A stretch of 64,000 nt of DNA from NCBI GenBank assembly GCA_000091205.1, contig AP006492.2; one strand, given 5' to 3'. This document shows, one piece after another, positions 63,897-64,000 of this stretch (position 1 is its first letter; each line of letters opens with the position of its first letter). The position numbers were made by a program, and so were the translations under genes. Origin of the DNA: Cyanidioschyzon merolae (lineage: Eukaryota). Under the pieces are notes generated by a model. It searched no databases and had not been told where the DNA came from. It worked only from the letters and a program-made list of their open reading frames with translations.

Positions 63897-64000
63897 TTGG
63901 TCTTTGTTTGGGACGATCTCGCTCGATGCGGGGAATCATGTCGAGTCACGAGAGTTTCCAGCAGAGCACGTCTGGTTGCACCGGAATCTCAGGATTGTCT

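Overview
This is a GC-rich, intron-poor eukaryotic nuclear region, probably from a protist or alga; I did not attempt a finer organism call. Every recognisable gene is one uninterrupted ORF. TGA, TAG and TAA all terminate housekeeping genes, so the standard code applies. The ORF track allows TTG/GTG starts, so I moved gene starts to the first ATG where needed.

Host genes I can recognise:
- R2R3-MYB transcription factor
- cytochrome P450
- 40S ribosomal protein S10 and 60S ribosomal protein L32
- a long poly(A)-binding protein with four RRMs and a PABC/MLLE tail
- a class II CPD photolyase
- a bacterial-type citrate synthase
- a Mia40/CHCHD4-like CHCH protein
- a p24/TMED cargo receptor
- a SURP-domain protein
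- an FAH-family hydrolase
- a GT92-like glycosyltransferase
- phosphoglycerate kinase with an N-terminal presequence
- several hypothetical proteins

Two repeat systems fill the space between genes.

1. A non-LTR retrotransposon (LINE). It has the RT motifs PGxDGI, QAGFR, FDTVPH and VADD, a C-terminal CCHC block, and a short A-tail. There are two long minus-strand copies (about 1908-5223 and 29967-34257) and one 5'-truncated plus-strand copy (about 61001-62269). Three short SINE-like relatives also occur (about 8700-9276, 24700-25275 and 49256-49865).

2. Four copies of a roughly 2.5-2.8 kb element that encodes a TnpB-like nuclease of the Fanzor type (eukaryotic OMEGA system). The protein is about 750 aa. 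It has a RuvC-I motif (VVGLDPGST), a C/H zinc-finger-like segment, and a canonical RuvC-III motif (FVNRDFNAAINI). Copies are A 567-1910(-), B 34258-37050(+), C 46709-49245(-) and D 58398-61000(-).

- Copy B keeps one reading frame across 2.26 kb but carries three in-frame stop codons.
- Copies B and C share a conserved, hairpin-containing non-coding right end that ends exactly where the flanks diverge. I propose this right end as the omega-RNA scaffold, with the adjacent flank as the guide.
- B and C are inverted, with right ends facing inward, and bracket a 9.7 kb block of host genes.
- B and C contain a perfectly identical block of about 445 bp set in otherwise diverged sequence.
- All four Fanzor copies are physically joined to LINE-derived sequence.
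- The right end of copy D supplies the only available ATG for the downstream GT92 gene.

I found no rRNA, tRNA or CRISPR array.
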